Below, piece after piece: positions 37,665 through 45,930 of a stretch of 64,000 nt of DNA; position 1 is the first letter of the stretch, and each line of letters begins with the position of its first letter. The translations under genes and the position numbers were made by a program. Below the pieces are notes generated by a model. That model ran no database searches, was not told the DNA's origin, and worked only from the letters and a program-made list of their open reading frames with translations. Source of the stretch: a virus; IMG/VR virus record IMGVR_UViG_3300016457_000282, positions 64,001 through 128,000 of that record; one strand, written 5' to 3'.

Positions 37665-38075
37665 TCACACTAATTCATAACCCTGAACCATTAAGTTAAC
37701 TTGTTTGTCACTTAATTGATCCGACCAGTGCTCCATTGTCAACTGATTCGCTCGACAGATTTCCACAAACTTGCGCAACTTAGTACGATCACTAACCTCA
37801 GAAAAGTTACTCTTTACATACTCTCTTGCTTTAGAGAAAATAACAGTAGCTGAAGGAACTTTTCGATTGCCTTGTACTTTACCTTCCAAATTGAACCAAC
37901 AACCACATACTAAACAATGTGACCAATTATCAACTTTAAAAGGTCGTATCTGCCATCGCCACTTTTCCGCAGATAGTACATCTTTAAATTGGCAATTAAG
38001 CAACTCATGTGCTCCGCAATTCGGACATACAATACAACCACACTTACCTGATCCTGCATGTACTTTAACAATCAT
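37665..38075 (-). CDS. Hypothetical Zn-binding protein
   Basis: Two CxxC pairs. Confidence 0.65.
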   Translation of the reverse strand: MIVKVHAGSGKCGCIVCPNCGAHELLNCQFKDVLSAEKWRWQIRPFKVDNWSHCLVCGCWFNLEGKVQGNRKVPSATVIFSKAREYVKSNFSEVSDRTKLRKFVEICRANQLTMEHWSDQLSDKQVNLMVQGYELV

Positions 38076-38101
38076 AATTACTAACCCTTCTAACTTAACT
38101 G

Positions 38102-38446
38102 TTACTCAAACATAAGTGAAAGTTCGTACACATGAAACTCGTCTTCACTCTTCATTCTCGCAAGAAGCGCACACGAAGTACTATCATCCAATTCAGTCTC
38201 CTCACGTAAACCTAACTTAACAAGCATTCTCAACGGTACAATCAACAACTCAATCTCTCCAGTCAGAGAAGGAATGCAACAAAACGAACTTTCCTCTAGT
38301 TGCTTCAACGTGCACAGATCTACAACGCCCAGTTCCTCAATTGCACACAAACCTTGTCCTTCTACTGTTACCAAAATCTCCTTAGCTTCAACTTCTGTTA
38401 CATCTCGATCTGAACCTTCGCCGAATCGGCGTAGACCTATTAACAT
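38102..38446 (-). CDS. Hypothetical protein
   Basis: GAGG RBS. Confidence 0.6.
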   Translation of the reverse strand: MLIGLRRFGEGSDRDVTEVEAKEILVTVEGQGLCAIEELGVVDLCTLKQLEESSFCCIPSLTGEIELLIVPLRMLVKLGLREETELDDSTSCALLARMKSEDEFHVYELSLMFE

Positions 38447-38570
38447 GATATATCGCCTCTTTTCTTGTTCTAACTAATCTCTCTTATGATTTACTTTTTT
38501 AAATACAGAGTACTAGGTTCGTTTTCGTTTTTTCAAAATTAAGAGTATCGGATTCACTCTTCAAATTTTT

Positions 38571-38745
38571 AAATGAGAGAGTACTAAAAGTCATTCTCCG
38601 ATTTTAAATGAGAGAGTACTAAAAGTCATTCTCCGATTTTTATAAATGAGAGTGTACTAAAGTCATTCTCCTCTTTTAATGAGAGTGTACTAAAGTCATT
38701 CTCCTCTTTTAATGAGAGTGTACTAAAAGTCATTCTCCGATTTTT
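38571..38745. repeat. 5 x 33-35 bp iteron-like direct repeats (candidate origin)
   Basis: AATGAGAGWGTACTAAA(A)GTCATTCTCC followed by T-runs, five times. Confidence 0.9.
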
Positions 38746-38937
38746 AAATTTTTTAGATATGGGGTACTTACTCCTGTTATTGTAACTCAACCGCCCCGGG
38801 TTCAGTTCCTAAGGGGGTGTTTTGTGAGGTACTTAACGTAGTTTAGTTCCTTGAGACAACCCCCGGCAGTAAGAGTCTGTCATTTAGATTATTATTTGCT
38901 ATTCTACGCTTTGTTTTGCTGGAAATTTTTTCCTTAG

Positions 38938-38956
38938 ACGGGCCATGATGGCCCGT
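38938..38956. promoter_or_regulatory. parS-like palindrome 1
   Basis: ACGGGCCATGATGGCCCGT. Confidence 0.75.
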
Positions 38957-39123
38957 TCCTGAGTTGTAATGATTTCAATAAGTTAGCTGAGAAAATACAG
39001 AATTTTTTGTAGACAAAAATGAATGCAGGTATCTGTCAGATACGACAATTTGCGCGTTTTAGTAGTGTTTTTGTCAAGTTTGAAGTATAATTACTGACAA
39101 AACTAACAAAAAAGGAGGTTATC

Positions 39124-39816
39124 ATGTTAGAAGTTGATCGAAAACAACTCAAACGGATCACAAAGGTTAGTGATAAAGTGTTCTATGCTTACAAACCTCT
39201 ACAAAGACTACTACCTAACCTTACCAAAGCAGATATTGAGGACCTCAGAGAAGTTCTTAAGATGGAAGGATTAACAAAACCTTTGAGAGTAGTACTGTTC
39301 AGTGACAAGAAAGTCAAAAGGTATGTAGTGTTAGATGGTGTACATAGAGTTCAGATCGCAGTGGAGTTAGGTTTGGATTTGGAATTAGAAGAGGTTCAAG
39401 TGAGGAATGAGGAAGAGTTAGTAGAATTAGGATTGAAGCTCAATTTGCAGGAAAAGAGAGGTCGACAGATAAGTAAGAGACAGTTGGTAAAAAGATTACG
39501 AAAAGTACACTCTGATCTGTCTTTTGAAGAGTTCTGTGTGGTGTTGAAAGAGAAGTATGGTCTGCAGTTAAGTAAAGAGACAATCTCTAAGTATGTGTAC
39601 TTGAAACAGAGAGGACAGGTTAAGTCAAGTGAACAGAAGTGTCGTATTAAAAGACTTGCACAGGAACTTGGTTGTAAACCTAAAGAACTGGCAGAGACAG
39701 TGTGTACTTTGGTTAGGACAGTTCATCAAGTTGCTGGACCTCAATGGAAGACAATGTTGATGCAACTGTCAAATCCTGAACTAATAAGAGTTGTATCTAC
39801 TGTAGTACAGTCATAG
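39124..39816 (+). CDS. ParB/Srx N-terminal-domain protein with putative HTH
   Basis: G...PL.V, VLDGVHR, NL...R; AAGGAGGT RBS. Confidence 0.85.
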   Translation: MLEVDRKQLKRITKVSDKVFYAYKPLQRLLPNLTKADIEDLREVLKMEGLTKPLRVVLFSDKKVKRYVVLDGVHRVQIAVELGLDLELEEVQVRNEEELVELGLKLNLQEKRGRQISKRQLVKRLRKVHSDLSFEEFCVVLKEKYGLQLSKETISKYVYLKQRGQVKSSEQKCRIKRLAQELGCKPKELAETVCTLVRTVHQVAGPQWKTMLMQLSNPELIRVVSTVVQS

Positions 39817-39825
39817 TAACTCAAC

Positions 39826-39850
39826 CAAACGGGCCATGATGGCCCGTTTG
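39826..39850. promoter_or_regulatory. parS-like palindrome 2
   Basis: CAAACGGGCCATGATGGCCCGTTTG. Confidence 0.75.
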
Positions 39851-39851
39851 A

Positions 39852-39928
39852 AAAATCTCAATTTTACTATGCAAAACCGCGTGAAAAAGTCAAAAATGTT
39901 AGGTTTTACATAGTAAAATTGAGATTTT
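39852..39928. repeat. Inverted repeat with 27 bp arms, one mismatch
   Basis: AAAATCTCAATTTTACTATGCAAAACC / GGTTTTACATAGTAAAATTGAGATTTT. Confidence 0.9.
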
Positions 39929-40145
39929 ATTTTTCGGTACTTGTGAAAAAATTAAAGAAGCTCGGTTGTACATAGATAAAATTTCCTCAGTTTCTTATAC
40001 AAAAACTTGCTGTTTTGTCTTTTTTGTAAGGTTCTACTATGTAAAACTATAAATTTTAGTAGACTGTTGCGAACCGTACTTCATTTTTGTCCTCAAAAAT
40101 TCCTACTTTTCTAAGCTAACTCGTTGAAATTATTACAACTCAGAC

Positions 40146-40164
40146 ACGGGCCATCATGGCCCGT
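40146..40164. promoter_or_regulatory. parS-like palindrome 3
   Basis: ACGGGCCATCATGGCCCGT. Confidence 0.75.
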
Positions 40165-40194
40165 TTGGCTCAAAAAATGTATGTTTGTTATTCA

Positions 40195-40316
40195 AACCGA
40201 ACCAATTTTGACTAAATACTTACTTGTCTGATTAGTACCTTTCTCAGAGTATATGACAAGTACAATCGGTACCTAACTAATGTAAGAGTAAGTACTTACT
40301 CAAAATCAGTTCGGTT
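40195..40316. repeat. Imperfect inverted repeat with 30 bp arms
   Basis: 40195-40224 pairs with 40287-40316, about 4 mismatches. Confidence 0.8.
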
Positions 40317-40794
40317 ACTCACTTAACAAATGAGCTACCCATCTATGAAGCACTTCCCATCGTACCTTCATTGTCTTAGCACCACATAGTACCAATCCGT
40401 TACCTTCTCTAATCGCGTTCCAGTCTAGCTCGAACAGATCGTACTTAGGATTGTACTCTCCTGTACGGTCACTGAACTCTGTGATTAGTACTTTCTTATG
40501 TTCTGCAGTGAACCCTAGAGCTTCTAGTATTGTATCCCACACATCATATGGTTGTCCTTGTACTTCGTTGGACAGTCCTTCCGCAGCAATTCTAAGGAAC
40601 CCTTTAGCAATATCTAACCTTATCTTTTCCTTGTGTGTCTTTGGTTGTATTTCCTCTAACTTCTCTCTCAAAGATTGGGCATATACTTTAGGACGGCACC
40701 ATCTGAACTGGTCCGTCCAATCCCAATCCCAGTACTTATTGAACTGTCTCTTTCTTTTCTCGTTTAGTATCCTAACCGCGCCTCTCTTGGCCAT
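40315..40794 (-). CDS. Hypothetical protein, putative early gene
   Basis: AAGGAGGT RBS. Confidence 0.75.
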   Translation of the reverse strand: MAKRGAVRILNEKRKRQFNKYWDWDWTDQFRWCRPKVYAQSLREKLEEIQPKTHKEKIRLDIAKGFLRIAAEGLSNEVQGQPYDVWDTILEALGFTAEHKKVLITEFSDRTGEYNPKYDLFELDWNAIREGNGLVLCGAKTMKVRWEVLHRWVAHLLSE

Positions 40795-41000
40795 ACTACC
40801 TCCTTTCTTGTCTCAGTGAACCACTCTTCGTTTCGGTCACAAAGACGGTTTTGATTGTGTTGAAGTCGAGAGAACAGGACCAATTATTGAGTTCTGAAAC
40901 TGTATTCCAGTTATGTATGGTATGCCATTCCTTACACGTGTTACACTATACCTGTACTTCTCTCATTACTCTACCTCCTTTTCCTAAGTGGTTATTAACA

Positions 41001-41028
41001 TAAGGGACCCTAACAAAAGGGTCCCTTA
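41001..41028. terminator. Stem-loop, probable terminator
   Basis: TAAGGGACCC-TAACAAAA-GGGTCCCTTA. Confidence 0.55.
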
Positions 41029-41043
41029 TCAACTTAAGGTTCG

Positions 41044-41382
41044 CTATTTCTCATCTCTTACTCTGTAGTATAATTGACCGACTTCCGACCTATACAATGT
41101 CTTTCCAACTTGGGACATTACCTTCTTGTACAGATCGGGCTTCTTCTGTTCCATTAGCTTACATACCACATAGAAGGCCGCTCCTGGTCCTAATGTCTCA
41201 TACTCTTCTTGACCTACTTCCTTCTTAATTGTCCGTAAGGTTTCCCTGGCAAAGGATATGTGTCCTAGGCCGGCCGATTGTCCTTTCTTCCTCTGACGGG
41301 CTTGGGTCAATAAGTCCCTCAAGGATACCTGTTCCTCTCTTTTCTGAAGATCGGGATTGTGGATAACTGTCACTTTTTCCAT
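41044..41382 (-). CDS. Putative early protein, paralog of 43005-43316
   Basis: NPDL, LGH.S, IK.EVG.EE..TLGP, KPDL and EV..LYYR are shared. Confidence 0.8.
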   Translation of the reverse strand: MEKVTVIHNPDLQKREEQVSLRDLLTQARQRKKGQSAGLGHISFARETLRTIKKEVGQEEYETLGPGAAFYVVCKLMEQKKPDLYKKVMSQVGKTLYRSEVGQLYYRVRDEK

Positions 41383-41483
41383 TTTTTCTCCTCCTTTCTT
41401 CTTTTTTACCGGTTAACGTTTAAAATTATAAAAATTTTATTTATAAATAAGAAAATGTAACTCGACCATCACCTCCTTTTCTC

Positions 41484-41858
41484 TTAAAAGGCCACAATCC
41501 ACCCTTCATGCTTGAAGACAGCTTTCTTCTCAACTGTACCATCTTCAAGCACCTTTTCTTCAACCATTCTCTTTGTGAAAGAGAAAAGCGGTGTTACTCC
41601 TCTACACCGCAATATTGCCGCCAACGGAGTCATGAAGAACAAGGCTCCTCCAATCATCGCTTTTGTAACTCCGTGTTCAACGGCAATGTCGGCTAGAGCC
41701 TGTGCTTTAGACATCACTTCTTCATAAGACGGGAGTTCATTAAACGTTAGCAACTCTCTTACCTTCTCTTTATCCTTCGGTTCAATTACTCCTGCTTCAA
41801 TCTGATCCGACGTGGCTGGATGTTGTGTTAGGTTCAAAATTTTCTCCTTTTTTTCCAT
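41484..41858 (-). CDS. NLTQH-motif Rossmann-like protein, function uncertain
   Basis: ILNLTQH.AT..Q..AGV, LLTF.ELP, AMIGGA, DG.V.K...F.H.G. Confidence 0.75.
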   Translation of the reverse strand: MEKKEKILNLTQHPATSDQIEAGVIEPKDKEKVRELLTFNELPSYEEVMSKAQALADIAVEHGVTKAMIGGALFFMTPLAAILRCRGVTPLFSFTKRMVEEKVLEDGTVEKKAVFKHEGWIVAF

Positions 41859-42026
41859 TTTTCTGCCCCCTTTTCTCTTTTTTACAGGATTCACGCAAAA
41901 TTTTAAAAAAATTTTAGATAAAATTATATGTAAATAAAAAAATATGACCTAACCTGTCCTCATTTTTTGCCTCAAAAAATTCCTACTTTTCTAAGTTAAC
42001 CTATTGAAATCATTACAACTCCTGAC

Positions 42027-42043
42027 CGGGCCATGGTGGCCCG
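42027..42043. promoter_or_regulatory. parS-like palindrome 4
   Basis: CGGGCCATGGTGGCCCG. Confidence 0.7.
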
Positions 42044-42179
42044 TCTGTCACTACTTTCTGAGACAACCCCCGGCAGATGAACCAAACTAACCTTCCCTTT
42101 CCTTTAACAAAGCAGACGGAGGGATCCCAAGGTCCCTTTTAAGAACCCGGTTCTTGTTACCTGACCTAAACCCGTGGTA

Positions 42180-42683
42180 CTACAGTAACTTATCTACCAA
42201 CCGGGCCAGGTCATCCAAATCTCCCCAAGGAATCTCTCTAGGATCACCTGGAGAATCGTTCCAATAATACGGATTAACCGGGTATTTCTCCTCTAACTCG
42301 AGGAGTTTTAATCCGTATCCGGTCTGAATCTCCGGGTCCCTAACCAACTCCGGCCTCTGCTTACGAGGTCTCCCTCTCTTAACCGAGGCCTTCGCTTTAG
42401 TTAGGAGATCCCTTAAGGAGCCTTCTGGAGCAGGAGTGGTCTTCTCTTCTAACCTACGTACCTCTTCTTGATACTGTAGGTTAGCTGACCACTCCGCCAT
42501 CCATGCTGATGGAGAGTGGTACGGAAGCCATTCCCACTCATTCCTCTTAAGTTTCGTGCCCAACAGAGCCTTAGGTTTGGAGGCCTTACGGTCACTTATC
42601 ACAGGACGGTGACCACGACCTCTCTTCCGTCGACTCTGAGCACGAGCCTGTTGAAGGAGCTCCTTAATATTCACTTTTCTCAC
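42180..42683 (-). CDS. Basic putative early protein with AT-hook-like KRGRPRK
   Basis: AAGGAG RBS; degenerate paralog at 37103-37574. Confidence 0.8.
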   Translation of the reverse strand: MRKVNIKELLQQARAQSRRKRGRGHRPVISDRKASKPKALLGTKLKRNEWEWLPYHSPSAWMAEWSANLQYQEEVRRLEEKTTPAPEGSLRDLLTKAKASVKRGRPRKQRPELVRDPEIQTGYGLKLLELEEKYPVNPYYWNDSPGDPREIPWGDLDDLARLVDKLL

Positions 42684-42785
42684 CTCCTTTCTGGGCCGGT
42701 TGCCCTAAATACCTCAACGACTTTTTTGCCCCCGAAATTTACGAGTTTTTCAGGGTAATCTACTGAAATCATTACAATTCCTGAC

Positions 42786-42802
42786 CGGGCCATCATGGCC
42801 CG
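42786..42802. promoter_or_regulatory. parS-like palindrome 5
   Basis: CGGGCCATCATGGCCCG. Confidence 0.75.
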
Positions 42803-43004
42803 TGTCGTTAAGGTATTTAGGACGGTCACAAAGGATGTTCAGTCCTTTGTGACCTTGTAACCTCATTACAGTAGGTTCGGGTTGGTTTTGAAGGTCCGTC
42901 AGTGTAGCTCCCGACCGTCCGTACCCGTTACGGATCGGGCCTTAACGGACCTTTGTGTGTAAAGAGGGTTTACAGGACTCTCCTTACCTTACCTTCAACC
43001 TCTA

Positions 43005-43316
43005 CTACTTTTCCCTGTAGTAGAGGTTGAATACCTCCCTTTTAAACCTTTCTTCCCCTACCTCTTCTTTAATCCGGGGAAGAAGGTCAGGTTTTCTCTG
43101 TTTTATCAGTTCCACCACCACTTTGTACACAGTGGTGGGTCCGAGAGTCCCGAACTCTTCGGTCCCAACCTCTCTCTTTATTTCCCGAATGTATGTTCGG
43201 GAGAGGGACACGTGTCCCAAGGTACGTTGTGGTTTCTGGGTTTTTACCTGGGAGATCAGGGTTTTGATGGTGACCTGGGGTTTAAGGTCAGGGTTGTAAA
43301 TTTTCAAGTTCTTCAT
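43005..43316 (-). CDS. Alanine-free putative early protein
   Basis: AAGGAGGAGGT RBS and upstream TATAAT; paralog of 41044-41382. Confidence 0.8.
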   Translation of the reverse strand: MKNLKIYNPDLKPQVTIKTLISQVKTQKPQRTLGHVSLSRTYIREIKREVGTEEFGTLGPTTVYKVVVELIKQRKPDLLPRIKEEVGEERFKREVFNLYYREK

Positions 43317-43394
43317 AATTTACCTCCTCCTTTCTTAAGTTTAAGTGATGTTTTAATTTTAGGTAAATTATAATAGGGGAGGCGAATTTAACTC

Positions 43395-43670
43395 GTATGG
43401 GTCCTTACTATATAACCCTCTTCCTCTGTTGTACAGACCCTCTGTAATATAAACCTCACTATATGAACCTTTGTTATGTAAACTCCTATTACATAGACCT
43501 TGTTATATAGAGTCCTTACTATATAACCCTCTTCCTCTCCTGTTGTACAAACCCTCTGTAATATAAACCTCACTAATATGAACCTCGTTAATATATGAAG
43601 TCCTTACTATATGAATCCCCAGTTAAATGAACCTTCATTATATAGGTCCCTATCGTGTAGGTTCTTACTA
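43395..43670. repeat. Degenerate ~15 bp periodic array containing a ~70 bp direct duplication
   Basis: ATATRRACCY-like units; 43401-43470 recurs at 43512-43585. Confidence 0.8.
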
Positions 43671-43913
43671 AGTACTGTTTAAGTTCTATTTAGGTTCCCA
43701 TCTAGGTCCTATTCCTATTTTAGGTTCCTCACTAAGGTACCAATTTAAGCGCCTTTTACCTTGAGTTCCTATTCACTGTTAATACCCTTCTTTTCTCAAT
43801 CTCAGTTCTTATCTACTTCTTCTTAGATAAGTGTCGTATATCACGAACTCTTGAAAAAGGGAACAGATCGGAGGTAAACTCTAAAAAACTTGTATCAGAA
43901 GGAGTAATTAATT

Positions 43914-44657
43914 ATGTGGTATGTCAATACTATTGGAAGTAAGTACAAGTATATCAAAGCTATAGAAGAAGTTATTGATAAGGAAGTTAAAGGAACAAGA
44001 AGGGTTATAGAACCTTTTGCAGGTACTTATACTATTAGTCATTTAATGGTTAGGAAAGGTTTGCATGTAATTAGTAATGATATAGGATGGTGGTCGTATA
44101 GTATAGGGCGGGCGTTGGTTGGAGATGGGAAGTGGTTTGGCACCGCAGTGAGAGTGGTAAGTGTACTAGAAAGTGTTAGAAGGGTACCTAGTGAAGGGTA
44201 CGATAGGAAGTTGAAGAAGGATAAGATGGAAGAGATAGCAAGGAGGTTAAGAGAGAATAGGGTTAGAGGAGGAAGGTTAGTAGTTAGTAGAGGGAGTTAT
44301 GATGAGTTTTTGAGGAAAGTTAAGAGAGTGGGAAGAGGTAGTGTTGTATATATAGATACTCCTAAAGTATTTAGGTCGGCGAAGGAGAGTGTTTTTAAGA
44401 ATTTTCCTAAGTTGGACAGTTGGTTAATAGGTAAAGAAGTAGAGTATGAATTGTGGAATGAGAGTAATGTAAGAGAACATCATGAGAGGTTATTTAAGTT
44501 AGTGAGCGCGGTGGGGGTTAGGAAGGTGATTGTGGAATGCTACAAGAAGGCGGTACCTAAAGTGGATGAGATTGAGAGGATGATGAGGAAGTATTGGAAG
44601 GTAAGAAGAGCACATGAATTTAAGAATGACATTACTTTAGTAGGAGAGGAAAAATGA
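43914..44657 (+). CDS. Dam/D12-class adenine methyltransferase homolog with altered catalytic motif
   Basis: IGSK, EPFAG, SND; motif IV reads YIDTPK rather than DPPY. Confidence 0.7.
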   Translation: MWYVNTIGSKYKYIKAIEEVIDKEVKGTRRVIEPFAGTYTISHLMVRKGLHVISNDIGWWSYSIGRALVGDGKWFGTAVRVVSVLESVRRVPSEGYDRKLKKDKMEEIARRLRENRVRGGRLVVSRGSYDEFLRKVKRVGRGSVVYIDTPKVFRSAKESVFKNFPKLDSWLIGKEVEYELWNESNVREHHERLFKLVSAVGVRKVIVECYKKAVPKVDEIERMMRKYWKVRRAHEFKNDITLVGEEK

Positions 44658-45922
44658 AGGCGGTAGGTTTGGTAACTAAGAAAATTGGGGAAGTGTGCTT
44701 GGTCAAAATACCAGGAGTAAAAAGGGTTTTGGTTAGAGGAAATTGGAGGTTAGGAGAGAAGGTAGAGTTGGATGTTGACTTGCTCAAGGGGAAAGAAGAG
44801 GTAATAGTGTTGAGAGTGAAGAGTGTTAAAAAGGGAGAAGGAGAGTTGGGTGTTGAGATGGTTAGGAAGAGTGGAGCTGAGATAGGTAAGAGAGAAGTTT
44901 TAACGGGAACTTTATGTTCGCAAAGCAAGCGTAAAGTGGTGAAAGCAACTCCTGAGGTACTTTGGGATAGTAGGAGGATTCAAAAATACCTAGAGTTTTG
45001 TGATCAGTATAAATTACCTGCGAGTATTGTTAGTTGGAAGTATGGTATAGTCCCAAGGGAAGCAGAAGTGTTCAATTACGATGAGTTCGAGACTAAGAGG
45101 GTTGAGCATTGGGTGAAAGTGCTGAAAGAGGCTAGAGATAGATATGGTATAAGAGAATTGTATATGTGGTTTGACCCTAGTAAAAGAACTATGAGTAGTA
45201 CTATTTTGGAAGCGGCAAGGAGGGTGTTTGAGAAGAGTGGAGGAACGAGGCACCTGTATAACCTAAATAGATATCTAAATGGAAGGAGAGACCTCGAGGA
45301 TGTAGTTAGTTCTTGGATACCCGTGAGATCACGAGTGATTGTAATCAATTCAGGTGATTTCTCTCTGTTGTATCACCTAACAAACGAGAAGTATTGTAGG
45401 TGTGTTGTGTATGATGATAGACCATGGGCGAAGGAGGTTCAGAAGGCAGTAATTAAGAGGGAGAGGATCCCAAAGAGGTTGCCAGAGGAACTACCTGAGT
45501 TACTTAAGCATAAGAACCTAACCGTCCGTGCAGCTGCAATTCTGTATTTCCTCCGACATAAAGAGATAGGAAATGTCGATCTGTCTGAGTTGAGAGAAAT
45601 TGGAGAGATCCTCTTAAAAACTGGAAGGTATAGGAGAGTCGAAGTACGACATGTCTTTCCTAAGATACTGAAGAACGATATTGTACTGGTCAAAGAACCT
45701 ACCTCACATTCCTTCCTTGAAAAGTACTTCGGCGAGACAAAAAAAGATTTTGACTGGGATAAGGTAATGTTCAAGTTGGGAGAGGAACTCCCTTCTAGTG
45801 TACTGATAATTCGAGAAGGTAAACTGAAAGAAGTGAACAGTTTCTACCAAAAAACTGGGAAGTACTTTAGTGATAGATCGGTTTTGACTCTTAACGATAA
45901 TGTTGTGTATAGGTGCGCTTAA
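44654..45922 (+). CDS. Multidomain protein with DUF6884-like central domain
   Basis: CS..K.....P..L..S ... IVS.KYG......V.NYD. Confidence 0.6.
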   Translation: MKAVGLVTKKIGEVCLVKIPGVKRVLVRGNWRLGEKVELDVDLLKGKEEVIVLRVKSVKKGEGELGVEMVRKSGAEIGKREVLTGTLCSQSKRKVVKATPEVLWDSRRIQKYLEFCDQYKLPASIVSWKYGIVPREAEVFNYDEFETKRVEHWVKVLKEARDRYGIRELYMWFDPSKRTMSSTILEAARRVFEKSGGTRHLYNLNRYLNGRRDLEDVVSSWIPVRSRVIVINSGDFSLLYHLTNEKYCRCVVYDDRPWAKEVQKAVIKRERIPKRLPEELPELLKHKNLTVRAAAILYFLRHKEIGNVDLSELREIGEILLKTGRYRRVEVRHVFPKILKNDIVLVKEPTSHSFLEKYFGETKKDFDWDKVMFKLGEELPSSVLIIREGKLKEVNSFYQKTGKYFSDRSVLTLNDNVVYRCA

Positions 45923-45930
45923 AGAGAAGG

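Noticed and set aside
38571-38745. Possible CRISPR array
   Set aside because: Units abut one another with no unique spacers
43388-43573. 61 aa ORF with an internal repeat
   Set aside because: Translation of the non-coding direct repeat
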